The notes: generated by a model not told the origin, from the sequence alone. DNA of 64,000 nt from Candidatus Falkowbacteria bacterium RIFOXYA2_FULL_47_19 (GCA_001780275.1 MFGB01000020.1:40813-104812), one strand, 5' to 3'. Positions 52,690-62,249 are shown, counted from the first letter of the stretch. Translations and numbers: made by a program.

Positions 52690-52798
52690 TTAAACCGCCT
52701 GAAGCCAGACTGCGAGGGCAAAATACCGGAGCATAGGAAAAACGCGCCCCGGTGAGATCGGCCCAGGTTTTCATGATTTGGCTTAAATTGCGGTTTAA
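52690..52798 (-). ncRNA. Candidate cis-regulatory structured leader (aptamer-like, class unknown)
   Basis: A 9-bp closing helix ttaaaccgc/gcggtttaa encloses nested helices aagcca/tggctt, gggc/gccc and accgg/ccggt. Confidence 0.3.
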
Positions 52799-52904
52799 AA
52801 ATAATCTCATAAAATTTATTTCACTATATTAATAATACGTTAAAACGAGAAAAACGTTACACTTATTTTAGCTAAAAACAAGTTAAAAAATAATAATTTT
52901 TAGC

Positions 52905-52933
52905 TTGACATATTTTTATGTTTATGCTATTTT
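52905..52933 (+). promoter_or_regulatory. Sigma70-like promoter for 53053..53892
   Basis: TTGACA, 17-nt spacer, TATTTT. Confidence 0.5.
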
Positions 52934-53052
52934 AAGCTCAAGTTCCATGTTCTTTTAACTCCCTTTAGGGGCGGGGAAAAATTCGCCCCAGGCGCGGTGA
53001 TATCCGTGCCGGCTCTTTTGGCCGGTGATATCCGGCTACGAAAAGGAGGCTT

Positions 53053-53892
53053 ATGTCACGCTTTAGGGTAGAGGTTACAAGTGAGGGTTCGCTAAGTTTG
53101 CGGGAAAAAAGTGGATCTGGTTTTTATGTGCGAGCAGCTTCATTCAAGGGTATTAATGTTCCTGTGGGCGTAACAACAAAAGAGGTTTTAATAGAGCTGC
53201 CGCGTGAATCAAAACAGGAGTTTATGTTTATCCAGGCGCCGGCGACAACGGAAGATGCTGAGATTATTGTTCTGGAGTGGGCAGAGAGATGGCTGGATGA
53301 TGACACCAAGGTCGCCGGCACGGTAACGGTAAGCGTGCCGTTTGCCAACCTTGATCTGCCGAAAAATTTTCGGCCCAGGAAGAAGAAGATGTATTCGATC
53401 AGCGAAGACGCGATCTATCTGCGCGTCGGCCAAAGCTTCTATTGCTCTAATGAGGCTAAGGCCAGAGCGCGCGAACTTCGCTATGCTCCGGCCGAAACCA
53501 TGATCAAGTATATTCTCGGCTGGATCACCCTGGCTGACCTCGGGATGATCGCCCGCGGCGCGGACAAAAAAGAAGTTGAAGGGTTGCGGCGGGAAAACAA
53601 GGGGTTGAGAAAATCCCTGGACGAAGCCCGCAAACAGGCCAGAAAATTTTTGGACGAAAAAACCGCCCTGGAGGACGAGTTAAGATCCACTACTTTTTCA
53701 CTCAAGGTCATGTTGGGGCAAAATGAGGATACTTTGGATATTTTAAAAAAACACTGGGATATCCTCGGCGATATTCGCCGGGTTGCCGGTGAAACGGAAA
53801 AGGTTCCTTTTTGGCAAAAGGGCCGCTCCCATGATAAATTGGAGCTGATCAGAGGCCGCCTGGAGCGAGCGGCCGCAGAGGATAAAATTTAA
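53053..53892 (+). CDS. Hypothetical protein with a C-terminal coiled coil
   Basis: SD aaaaggagg upstream. 279 aa with a heptad-like region VEGLRRENKGLRKSLDEARKQARKFLDEKTALEDEL. Confidence 0.6.
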   Translation: MSRFRVEVTSEGSLSLREKSGSGFYVRAASFKGINVPVGVTTKEVLIELPRESKQEFMFIQAPATTEDAEIIVLEWAERWLDDDTKVAGTVTVSVPFANLDLPKNFRPRKKKMYSISEDAIYLRVGQSFYCSNEAKARARELRYAPAETMIKYILGWITLADLGMIARGADKKEVEGLRRENKGLRKSLDEARKQARKFLDEKTALEDELRSTTFSLKVMLGQNEDTLDILKKHWDILGDIRRVAGETEKVPFWQKGRSHDKLELIRGRLERAAAEDKI

Positions 53893-53911
53893 TTTTACAC
53901 AAACAACCAGC

Positions 53912-53937
53912 AAAGCCTTATCAAAAGATAAGGCTTT
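53912..53937. terminator. Bidirectional terminator
   Basis: aaagccttatc-aaaa-gataaggcttt between convergent genes. Confidence 0.65.
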
Positions 53938-53956
53938 TAAAATTATCAGAGAAGAA

Positions 53957-54640
53957 TCAGACGAAAAGACATTTTTCCCAGCCTGTTTTTTCCAATTCCT
54001 CAAGCGTCTTTGCGTTCGCGATCTGGAAATCACCGACTGCGGTGCGGGTAAGTTCCTCTAAATAGGCGCCGCAGCCGAGAGCCTGGCCGATATCGTGCGC
54101 GAGCGCGCGGATATAAGTGCCGGAAGAACATTTTACCCTGATAGCGAGAAGCGGCCAGTCGTAAGATGATAATTCCAGTTCATAAATATTTATGGCGACC
54201 GGCGCGCGTTCAACCTCGACTCCCTTACGGGCCAATTCGTATAATTTTTTACCATTGATCTTTTTGGCGCTGTACATCGGCGGCACCTGCGTTTGTTTGC
54301 CGATGAATTTTTGCATGACCGGTTTGATGGTTTCGGAATCCGGCTTTGTGTATTCGGAATCAGGTTTCGTGGTTATGTTTCCGGTCGGGTCATAAGTATC
54401 CGTGGTCGCGCCCAGACGGAGAACAGCCGAATATTCTTTATCCAGTTTCACGAAACGGCCGATCTCTCTGGTCGCTTCGCGTCCGACGGCCACGATCAAA
54501 ACACCCCGGGCAAACGGATCGAGCGTGCCGGCGTGCCCGATCTTCTTTATTCCGGTAAGCCGGCGCAATTTATAGATCATGTCGTGTGAAGTCGGCCCCG
54601 CCGGTTTATTTAAAATTAAAAATCCGCTTTTATCTTCCAT
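53957..54640 (-). CDS. truB: tRNA pseudouridine(55) synthase
   Basis: GFLILNKPAGPTSHD and GHAGTLDPFARGVL (catalytic Asp motif). Confidence 0.92.
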   Translation of the reverse strand: MEDKSGFLILNKPAGPTSHDMIYKLRRLTGIKKIGHAGTLDPFARGVLIVAVGREATREIGRFVKLDKEYSAVLRLGATTDTYDPTGNITTKPDSEYTKPDSETIKPVMQKFIGKQTQVPPMYSAKKINGKKLYELARKGVEVERAPVAINIYELELSSYDWPLLAIRVKCSSGTYIRALAHDIGQALGCGAYLEELTRTAVGDFQIANAKTLEELEKTGWEKCLFV

Positions 54641-54703
54641 AAGACGATAAAATTAACATGCTTATACCTTAACACGATTTTGGCGAAAAATCCAAATCTT
54701 TGG

Positions 54704-54732
54704 TTGACTTTTATAAATAAATATTGTAAAAT
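54704..54732 (+). promoter_or_regulatory. Sigma70-like promoter upstream of infB
   Basis: TTGACT, 17-nt spacer, TAAAAT. Confidence 0.5.
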
Positions 54733-54795
54733 TAAATAAAATTCAGGGTAGATTGTCCTTGAATTTTAAATTTACTAATATTAAAAAAAATAATC

Positions 54796-56790
54796 ATGAA
54801 TGTAACCGAATTAGCCAGAATTTTAAGAGTTAATCCGCAGGAATTGCGCGACTATTTGCCGCAATACGGTTTTGATATTGGCCAAAAAGCCATAAAAATC
54901 GACGGCCACGTCGCCAATAAGATCATGAAAGAGTGGCCGGATATCAGGCGCAAAATAGCCAGACAGAAAGAGCTTGAATTACAGAAAGACAAAATAAATA
55001 TTCCGGAAAATGAAACATCCGCGGAGAAAAAAACGATCAGTATTCCGCGCCTGGTTACGGTCAGGGAATTAGCCGCTTTGTCCGGCGCGCCGCTTAATAA
55101 AATTCTGGCAGAGCTTATGAAAAACGGAATATTCGCTTCTTTGAACGAAAAAATAGATTTCGATACCGCCTGGCTAGTGGGCACTGAACTTGGACTTGAG
55201 ATAAAACCGGCCGAAACGAAAAAAGAGGCTGAAAACAGGGAAGAGGAAGAGGAAGATAAGATAAAGAGCGCCTTCGCGAAAGAAGAGGAAAAGGATCTTT
55301 TGCCGCGTCCGCCGGTGATCGTGGTCATGGGCCACGTCGATCACGGTAAAACGAAACTTTTAGACGCTATCCGGCGAACCCACGTCGTGGACGGTGAAGC
55401 CGGCGGCATTACCCAGCATATCGGCGCTTATCAGGTAATGCGCCGCCAAAAACTCATCACTTTTATCGATACGCCGGGACACGAGGCTTTTACCGCCATG
55501 CGCAGCCGCGGCGCACGCATCGCAGATATCGCGATTTTAGTGGTCGCCGCGGATGACGGCGTCAAACCGCAGACGATCGAAGCTTTCCGCATAATCGAAA
55601 AAGCAAAGATACCTTTCGTGGTGGCGATAAACAAGATAGACAAACCCGGCGCCAATCTGGACAAAACGAAGCAGGAATTATCCTCGCAGCTTAATATAGT
55701 ACCGGAAGACTGGGGCGGCAAGACGATTTGTGCCCCCGTATCGGCCAAAGAGGGCCAGGGTATTACCGAGCTTCTGGATATGGTCCTATTAGCCGCTGAG
55801 ATGGAGGCGAAAAGCCTAAAAGCTAATCCGGCGGCGTCGGCTCTGGGCACTATCATAGAATCGCACGTCGATAAAGGCGCCGGTCCGGTGGCGACGATCC
55901 TTATACAGAACGGCACGCTTAAAGTAGGCGATCACCTCGTTTTTGACGGAATCGATATCGGCCGGGTAAGGGGACTTAATAATTACCAGGGGGAAAAAAT
56001 AGAATCCGCCCTTCCGGCCACCCCGATCCAGATTCTGGGCCTAAAAGCCTTGCCGCGGGTCGGGGATATTATCGGGGTGGGCTTTGGAGAAAAAATGAAA
56101 TCGAAAAAAACCAAGACCATCGTCCGGTCGGCCGGTTCGCAAATGCCGGAAAATACGATCCGGGAAGACGATAAGGCGAAAAAGATCAATATTATAATTA
56201 AAAGCGACGTACTTGGATCGGGCGAAGCGATCGAAGAATCGCTCGAAAAGATAAATACCGACAAAGTAAAGGTAAGGGTAATAAGCCGCGGCTTAGGAAA
56301 TATTACGGAAGGCGATCTTAAAAGGGCCGAGGCGGCGAACGGCCTGGTTATCGGTTTTAACGTAAAAATACCGACAGTTATCGAAAATATGGCCCGGGAA
56401 AAAAATATCGAAATAAAACTTTACAATATCATCTATAACCTTATAAATGACGTTAAGGCCATGATGCTGTCCGCACTGGGTCCGGTTACCGAAAGAAAGG
56501 ATCTGGGCAGGCTCAAGGTCAAGGCGGTTTTTAAAAATGAAAAAACCAGCCAGATCGTCGGCGGCCGGATGGAGGAAGGACGGGTCGAAAAAGGGTCGAT
56601 GATCGAGGTTTGGCGGAATAAGGAATTTTTAACTTCAGGTGTGCTAAAAAAATTACAATCCGCCAAAGAAGACGTTACCGACTGTGAAACGGGGCAGGAA
56701 TGCGGTATCGAATACGAGGGCAGTCCGATCATAGAGGTCGGCGATGTCCTGCGTTTTTATAAAACGGAAGAAACGGCCGGTAAATTATAA
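54796..56790 (+). CDS. infB: Translation initiation factor IF-2
   Basis: G domain VVMGHVDHGKTKLLD, DTPGHEAF and NKIDK, followed by the IF-2 C-terminal domains. Confidence 0.95.
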   Translation: MNVTELARILRVNPQELRDYLPQYGFDIGQKAIKIDGHVANKIMKEWPDIRRKIARQKELELQKDKINIPENETSAEKKTISIPRLVTVRELAALSGAPLNKILAELMKNGIFASLNEKIDFDTAWLVGTELGLEIKPAETKKEAENREEEEEDKIKSAFAKEEEKDLLPRPPVIVVMGHVDHGKTKLLDAIRRTHVVDGEAGGITQHIGAYQVMRRQKLITFIDTPGHEAFTAMRSRGARIADIAILVVAADDGVKPQTIEAFRIIEKAKIPFVVAINKIDKPGANLDKTKQELSSQLNIVPEDWGGKTICAPVSAKEGQGITELLDMVLLAAEMEAKSLKANPAASALGTIIESHVDKGAGPVATILIQNGTLKVGDHLVFDGIDIGRVRGLNNYQGEKIESALPATPIQILGLKALPRVGDIIGVGFGEKMKSKKTKTIVRSAGSQMPENTIREDDKAKKINIIIKSDVLGSGEAIEESLEKINTDKVKVRVISRGLGNITEGDLKRAEAANGLVIGFNVKIPTVIENMAREKNIEIKLYNIIYNLINDVKAMMLSALGPVTERKDLGRLKVKAVFKNEKTSQIVGGRMEEGRVEKGSMIEVWRNKEFLTSGVLKKLQSAKEDVTDCETGQECGIEYEGSPIIEVGDVLRFYKTEETAGKL

Positions 56791-56818
56791 CCGCGAACAC
56801 CACCGGTAACGCAATAAT

Positions 56819-57154
56819 ATGTCCAGACGAATCGAACAAGTCAATGAGATCTTAAGGAGCGAGCTCGCTAACCTTATTACCGGCAACCTTGAGATGGACG
56901 GCTGCCTTATAACGGTAATTTCCGTTAAAACCTCGCCTGATCTGCGGCATGCCCGCGTCAGCGTTTCCGTATTGCCGGAACATCTGACCGGCACGGCCCT
57001 CCAGGAGATCAGAAAAAAGAATTCCCTCTTCAGCCGCGTGCTCAAGAAGAAGCTTAATCTTAAACTGATCCCTAAGTTCAACTGGGTGGTCGACGCCAAC
57101 GAACGGTACGCGGCCGAAATAAACCGGGCCATAGATGAAATGAAAAACACCTAA
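56819..57154 (+). CDS. rbfA: Ribosome-binding factor A
   Basis: RIEQVNEILRSELANLI...VSPDLRHARV pattern, in the position after infB. Confidence 0.88.
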   Translation: MSRRIEQVNEILRSELANLITGNLEMDGCLITVISVKTSPDLRHARVSVSVLPEHLTGTALQEIRKKNSLFSRVLKKKLNLKLIPKFNWVVDANERYAAEINRAIDEMKNT

Positions 57155-57163
57155 TAATTTATT

Positions 57164-58126
57164 ATGCAGGAAGAAAAATTCACGCTCGCCTGGAATAAAA
57201 TACAAGCAGCGAATAAAATACTCCTGGTAACCCATAAAAAGCCGGACGGGGACGCTCTTGGTTCGATTTGCGCCTTAAGTGAAATACTGGAATCGAAAAA
57301 AAATTATGACGCTTTTTGCGGCGACACCCCTTCAGCGCAATTTGATTTTCTTCCCCATATCGAAAAAATCCGGTCAGACAGGAATTCTCTGGATTTTTCC
57401 GCTTACGACCTTATATTCGTATTGGATTGCGGCGGAATCAACCGGACCGGACTGGAAAAAGAACTGCTTAGCCGCCGAAGCGGACAATTCGTGATCGAAT
57501 TCGATCATCACCCGAAAATGGACGATTACGCCGATCTCGAGATCCGGTTGCCGAAAAGTTCGTCTACCGCGGAAGTTCTACATGATTTTTTAAAAACGAA
57601 CGGCATAAAACCGAACAAGAATGTCGCCAACTGCCTCCTGGCCGGAATTTTAACCGATACCGGTAATTTCCTTTATCCCTCGACCTCGGACAAAACGGTA
57701 AAGATCGGCGCGGCCATGCTCTCTGCCGGCGCCCGGCTTCCGACCATTATCGAAAATACCTGGCGCAACAAGAATCTGCCGGGCATGAAATTCTGGGGCA
57801 AGGCGATCGACAATCTTAACGTCAACAAAAAATATAATTTTGCTTATACGGTCCTGACCCACGAGGATATCGCGCGATCCGGCGCCACTGAAGAGGAGTT
57901 CGACGGCATTGCCGGTTTTTTAAGCAACTTATGCGGCGTGAACGGACTTTTAGTGCTACGGGAAGAAACAGACGGACGGATCAAGGGCAGTTTGCGGACC
58001 ACCCATCCGACGGTCGATGTTTCTAAATTAGCTAAACTCCTGGGCGGTGGCGGACACGCCAAAGCCTCCGGTTTCGTTATGGAGGGCCGGATAGAAAACT
58101 CCGGGCATGGCTGGCGGGTGGTCTAA
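57164..58126 (+). CDS. DHH/DHHA1 phosphoesterase (NrnA-like oligoribonuclease / pAp phosphatase)
   Basis: HKKPDGDALGS, DHH (FDHHPK) and GGGGHAKASGF motifs. Confidence 0.85.
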   Translation: MQEEKFTLAWNKIQAANKILLVTHKKPDGDALGSICALSEILESKKNYDAFCGDTPSAQFDFLPHIEKIRSDRNSLDFSAYDLIFVLDCGGINRTGLEKELLSRRSGQFVIEFDHHPKMDDYADLEIRLPKSSSTAEVLHDFLKTNGIKPNKNVANCLLAGILTDTGNFLYPSTSDKTVKIGAAMLSAGARLPTIIENTWRNKNLPGMKFWGKAIDNLNVNKKYNFAYTVLTHEDIARSGATEEEFDGIAGFLSNLCGVNGLLVLREETDGRIKGSLRTTHPTVDVSKLAKLLGGGGHAKASGFVMEGRIENSGHGWRVV

Positions 58127-58255
58127 AAATTAATGTCTTTTTAATTTTAACTTAATACTATATAATAAATTAATCATTTGCCGATCGGCGGTTAGGGATG
58201 ATATGTTTAAACATCGGATTTAAACAACCCCTGACGCCTGATCCACTTAAACCAA

Positions 58256-58834
58256 ATGCCGTTAATACCTACAGTCATCGAAAAATCCGGCCAGATCGAA
58301 CGGGCGTATGATATCTACTCTCGCCTCTTAAAAGACCGGATAATCTTTTTAGGCGAACAAATATCGGATCATGTCGCGAATATCATCATCGCCCAATTCC
58401 TTTTTTTGGACGCGGAAAACAAGGAAAAAGACATTAAATTCTACATAAACAGCCCGGGCGGATCGGTTACGGCTGGGATGGCTATTTACGATACGATGCA
58501 ATACGTTAAATGCGACGTTTCCACTATCTGCGTCGGCATGGCCGCTTCTATGGGAGCGACCTTGCTCGCGTCCGGCGCCAAGGGAAAAAGATTCGCTTTG
58601 CCGAATTCAGAGATTATGATCCACCAGGTAATGGGCGGGGCCGAGGGTCAGGCGACCGACATAAAGATCCGCGCCGAACACATCCTTCAGGTCAAAGACC
58701 GTCTCAATAAGTTACTGGCCAAGCACACCGGCCAAAAAATATCCCAAATCGAAAAAGACACCGATCGCGATCGTTTCATGACCCCCGAAGAAGCGCAAAA
58801 ATACGGGATTATAGATAAAATCATTTCAAAATAA
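58256..58834 (+). CDS. clpP: ATP-dependent Clp protease proteolytic subunit
   Basis: [24 protein letters not shown] (catalytic Ser) and IMIHQ (His). Confidence 0.95.
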   Translation: MPLIPTVIEKSGQIERAYDIYSRLLKDRIIFLGEQISDHVANIIIAQFLFLDAENKEKDIKFYINSPGGSVTAGMAIYDTMQYVKCDVSTICVGMAASMGATLLASGAKGKRFALPNSEIMIHQVMGGAEGQATDIKIRAEHILQVKDRLNKLLAKHTGQKISQIEKDTDRDRFMTPEEAQKYGIIDKIISK

Positions 58835-58877
58835 AACAAAAAACCGAACCGACCGCGCATCGCAAAGGAGGATTATT

Positions 58878-59180
58878 ATGTTTTCCAGGCACCGGAAATT
58901 CCGAAACGCGCTTAAGGCCGCCACGGGAAAAGAACATAACCGCATGATCGTCGCCCATTTTCTGAAAAGAGGCGAAGAGGTCCCTATTGATAGACACGAT
59001 GCCGATGAATGGATAATAATCGACAAAGGCATATGTTCGGTCCTGATCGGAAACACGGAATACGACATCGATGCCGGGTCGCATATTTTTACGATCCACA
59101 TCCCCAAACGCACCGAACACGCCTTTGTCGCTTTAAGCGATATCGAATATTTCGTGGTCAAGGAGATCATAACCGAATAA
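58878..59180 (+). CDS. Small cupin-like protein
   Basis: SD caaaggagga upstream. The beta-strand-rich segment DEWIIIDKGICSVLIGNTEYDIDAGSHIFTIHIPKRTEHAF is cupin-like. Confidence 0.5.
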   Translation: MFSRHRKFRNALKAATGKEHNRMIVAHFLKRGEEVPIDRHDADEWIIIDKGICSVLIGNTEYDIDAGSHIFTIHIPKRTEHAFVALSDIEYFVVKEIITE

Positions 59181-59242
59181 TAACCGCTAAGAAGCCTTCG
59201 GCTTCTTTTTATTTTTTTCTTTTTAAGATATAATAAAAAGGT

Positions 59243-59923
59243 ATGAAAAAATTCTATTTAAAAAAACTTGACGAACGCGGTAAGATAGCGGTTTGGCAAG
59301 TTGACGGTGCGTCTATTAGAAATAAGATCGACATAGAATTTACCAACTTCGGACACCACTATCGCAATCCTTATATACCAAAATATGAGTTCTGGCTGGA
59401 CCGGGAGGCCGACTTCAATGAAGAAGAATTCTATATTACCCATCTGTTGGCGGACTGGGAGCTTATGAAAAAGGGCTATAATCATTGGAACGCGGGAGTG
59501 ATCGCGGAGAAAAAAGAGGCGGCGGAAAGAAGAAAATCCAAAGATTACGCCGCGGCTCTGAAAAAAAACGGCCAGCCCGCGGTTGAAAAGATCCATGTCC
59601 GCCTGCTCCAAAAGACCGCTAATAACGTATCCGTGTGGGTGGTTAGGGGAAGGCTCATAAGAAATGCCATAAACATCGAGTTCAGCGAAGGCGGCCACGA
59701 TCTGGTTTACGACTTCATTCCAAAAAACGAAGTTTGGATAGATAATGATATTTATAGCGAAGAGCGGCTGCCGATAATCCTTCATGAACTTTACGAACGC
59801 ACTTTGATGATGGAAGGACTCAAGTACCTGGCCGCGCATAGGCGTGCCAGTCGCCTAGAATACGAAGCCCGCAATAACAAAAAAATCTTGAAAAGCAATT
59901 TGGCGCTTTTGGGATGGAAATAA
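59243..59923 (+). CDS. Hypothetical protein made of two homologous roughly 95-aa repeats; the second carries HELYE
   Basis: IAVWQVDGASIRNKIDIEFTNFGHH..IPKYEFWLD aligns with VSVWVVRGRLIRNAINIEFSEGGHD..IPKNEVWID. ITHLLADWELM aligns with ILHELYERTLM. Confidence 0.6.
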   Translation: MKKFYLKKLDERGKIAVWQVDGASIRNKIDIEFTNFGHHYRNPYIPKYEFWLDREADFNEEEFYITHLLADWELMKKGYNHWNAGVIAEKKEAAERRKSKDYAAALKKNGQPAVEKIHVRLLQKTANNVSVWVVRGRLIRNAINIEFSEGGHDLVYDFIPKNEVWIDNDIYSEERLPIILHELYERTLMMEGLKYLAAHRRASRLEYEARNNKKILKSNLALLGWK

Positions 59924-59925
59924 TT

Positions 59926-60609
59926 ATGGAAGCATTCAAAATAAAAATTGATTGCCTGATCATTTCCGACATCCACCTGGGGGACAGTACCGCCCGTTGC
60001 CGGGAAGTATTAGAGGTGCTAAGAAAATACGATTACGACAAACTGATACTTAACGGGGATATCGTGGACGGCCTGCGCCTGGAGCGGTGGACCCCGGAGC
60101 ATTGGGGGGTTTTTTCGAAGCTGAAAAGATTGTCGAAAAAGTGTGAGGTTGTCTGGATACACGGCAACCATGACGCCAGTAATTATATTTTATCCAGGCT
60201 CCTGGGCCTGAGAGTACGCAACCGTTATGTGTGGAAATACGGACGCAAAAAATTCCTGGCCATCCATGGGCACCAATACGACCGTTATCTTAATAATAAC
60301 TACATAGCGAGCCAGATCGCTTATATATTTTACAGCTTCATAAAGAATATCGATTATAACGGTATTTTGGCGAACCTTATCAGGAATAGAAGCGCCGTTT
60401 GGGAAAGGGGTTCATTGGAGGTGGCGAAAGGCGCCCTGCGCCTGGGGCGCCTGCTTATGGCCGATTATGTTTTTTGCGGCCACACCCACAAGATACATTC
60501 GGAAGAGGGGCGAGGCATTAAATACTTCAATACCGGATCATGGGTGGAAAAACCTTCGGCCTACATAACAATTACCGGCGATCAGGTCGAATTGCATAAA
60601 ATCGATTAA
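59926..60609 (+). CDS. Calcineurin-like metallophosphoesterase (LpxH-like fold)
   Basis: ISDIHLGD, NGDIVDG, HGNHD, HGHQYD and CGHTH motifs. An alternative start at 59914 overlaps the upstream gene. Confidence 0.78.
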   Translation: MEAFKIKIDCLIISDIHLGDSTARCREVLEVLRKYDYDKLILNGDIVDGLRLERWTPEHWGVFSKLKRLSKKCEVVWIHGNHDASNYILSRLLGLRVRNRYVWKYGRKKFLAIHGHQYDRYLNNNYIASQIAYIFYSFIKNIDYNGILANLIRNRSAVWERGSLEVAKGALRLGRLLMADYVFCGHTHKIHSEEGRGIKYFNTGSWVEKPSAYITITGDQVELHKID

Positions 60610-60692
60610 AATTAATCGATTCTCTATATTTTTTTTATATTTATATTATCGTTTTCTTATCTTAGCGTAATTATATCTTGATAAGCTGTGGC

Positions 60693-60863
60693 ATGGGGAA
60701 AGAAAACGATCAAGAAGAAAAAATCTGCTTTTATTGCGTTTTTCTTAAGAAGAGCGGTGACTATTATTATTGTCATAGATGCCTTGAGGTGTTCAAAAAT
60801 AGAAAGGAATTTAAAAGAACCTGCCCGTATTTCTTTAAAAAACGAATAGTCCGAATTAAATAA
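60693..60863 (+). CDS. Possible small Cys-rich zinc-finger protein
   Basis: MGKENDQEEKICFYCVFLKKSGDYYYCHRCLEVFKNRKEFKRTCPYFF. A hairpin terminator follows at about 60864-60890. Confidence 0.35.
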   Translation: MGKENDQEEKICFYCVFLKKSGDYYYCHRCLEVFKNRKEFKRTCPYFFKKRIVRIK

Positions 60864-60932
60864 AAACGTCCGTCAGGAGACGTTTTTTTATCACAAAAAA
60901 ACAGGATGGATTTATCCTGTTGTACTGCTTTT

Positions 60933-61493
60933 TTAATACTGTGCTTTTTTAACAAAGCTTAATATTTCCGCGAAAGCCTCGTCAGCGCTCAACTTGCTGG
61001 TGTTGATTATAAAATCATAATGAGACTTGTCGTGTACGTCGATCTTGTAATATTTTTTATAACGGACTATGTCGCTTTTTTGCCTGCGGCGAATGCTTTT
61101 CAGCACGTCCGAGACCGAGTCCAGATTTTTACCCTCATTCCTTTTGTCCGAGTTCTCTTTAAGATCTTTCCAAATTCTGGCGGCCGCGATCGTGTCTTTT
61201 ACATCGATGTACAGCTTAAGGGAGTGCGGAATAAAAAACCAGGAAGTTCGACCCTCGATAATGAAATTATCTTCCGTTTCACCTAATTTTTTTTGATAAT
61301 CGTCAACTTCTTTATCCGTGGTCGGATCGGTTTCGCCGAGTTTATTGTATTCTTCCAGAGTAAGGCCGCGTTCTTTGGCCATCTTCCGCCTTAATCCGCC
61401 CATATAATACCTTGGCCATCCCAAGGTTTCCGCTAATTTTTTAGCCAGAGTGGATTTTCCGGAACCTTCCGGCCCATTAATGGAAATAATCAT
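60933..61493 (-). CDS. Cytidylate-kinase-family (archaeal-type) nucleotide kinase
   Basis: P-loop INGPEGSGKSTLAKKLAE. Length and layout match cytidylate_kin2-type proteins. Confidence 0.65.
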   Translation of the reverse strand: MIISINGPEGSGKSTLAKKLAETLGWPRYYMGGLRRKMAKERGLTLEEYNKLGETDPTTDKEVDDYQKKLGETEDNFIIEGRTSWFFIPHSLKLYIDVKDTIAAARIWKDLKENSDKRNEGKNLDSVSDVLKSIRRRQKSDIVRYKKYYKIDVHDKSHYDFIINTSKLSADEAFAEILSFVKKAQY

Positions 61494-61497
61494 GTTT

Positions 61498-62217
61498 TTA
61501 TTTTACCCCCTTTTTGAGGAAATTTTTTAAATCCTCCGGTATATCGATTTTATATGATTTTTTCTCGCCACGCAAGTCGGTAAATTCAAGCCGATGGGCG
61601 ACTAAAAATATCCGGTCCAGCGAAAGCTTCGCGTTTTTTGTCTTGGTTTTTCTGGTTCCGTATAGCTCGTCGCCGACCAGAGGATGCCCATAGGCCGCCA
61701 GATGCACCCGGATCTGGTGAGTGCGTCCGGTTTTTATCCGGACCTCAAGCAGCGTATAGTTTATGTACGGCTTCACCACCTTAAATACCGTAATCGCTTC
61801 GCGCCCCGCGGAATTCTTCTCCCCCTTAACCGTGGTCGGCTTGGCCGCCATCTTGTGGCCGCGGACGCTTCTTTCTATCGGAAAATTTATCTCGTCTCCG
61901 TCTTTTTCGATGCGTCCATGGACAAGCGCGGTATAATATTTTCTGATGCTTCTTTCCTGGAACTGTTTCTTCAGGTCCGCAAAACTTTCCTGCGTACGGG
62001 CTACGACCAATAGTCCGGATACTGACTTATCCAAACGATGCATGATTCCCGGCCGCGTCGAATCTTCACCGACTTCCTTTAGTTCGGGCCAATCAGCGAG
62101 AAGCTGATCCGCCAGGGTCAAATCCTTAAGATGCGGCGCGCCATGGACCAGAAGCCCGGCGGGCTTATTGACCACGATATAGTCTTCGGTTTCGCTGATT
62201 AGTTCATATTTCAACAT
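61498..62217 (-). CDS. RluA-family pseudouridine synthase (no S4 domain)
   Basis: HRLDKSVSGLLVVART and GRTHQIRVHLA motifs. Confidence 0.88.
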   Translation of the reverse strand: MLKYELISETEDYIVVNKPAGLLVHGAPHLKDLTLADQLLADWPELKEVGEDSTRPGIMHRLDKSVSGLLVVARTQESFADLKKQFQERSIRKYYTALVHGRIEKDGDEINFPIERSVRGHKMAAKPTTVKGEKNSAGREAITVFKVVKPYINYTLLEVRIKTGRTHQIRVHLAAYGHPLVGDELYGTRKTKTKNAKLSLDRIFLVAHRLEFTDLRGEKKSYKIDIPEDLKNFLKKGVK

Positions 62218-62249
62218 AGGATTAAACTTATGCCGGCTGCGGCCGGAAA

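Noticed and set aside
52690-52798. Assigning the MFS leader to a known riboswitch class (TPP on the opposite strand because of ggtgagatc; c-di-GMP-I because of gagggcaaaatacc...acgc)
   Set aside because: Only fragments resemble the consensus. The thi-box ACCUGAUCUGGAUAAUGCCAGCG-type segment is missing, and so is the GEMM ACGCAAAGCC segment with its tetraloop-receptor layout. The element is left as class unknown.
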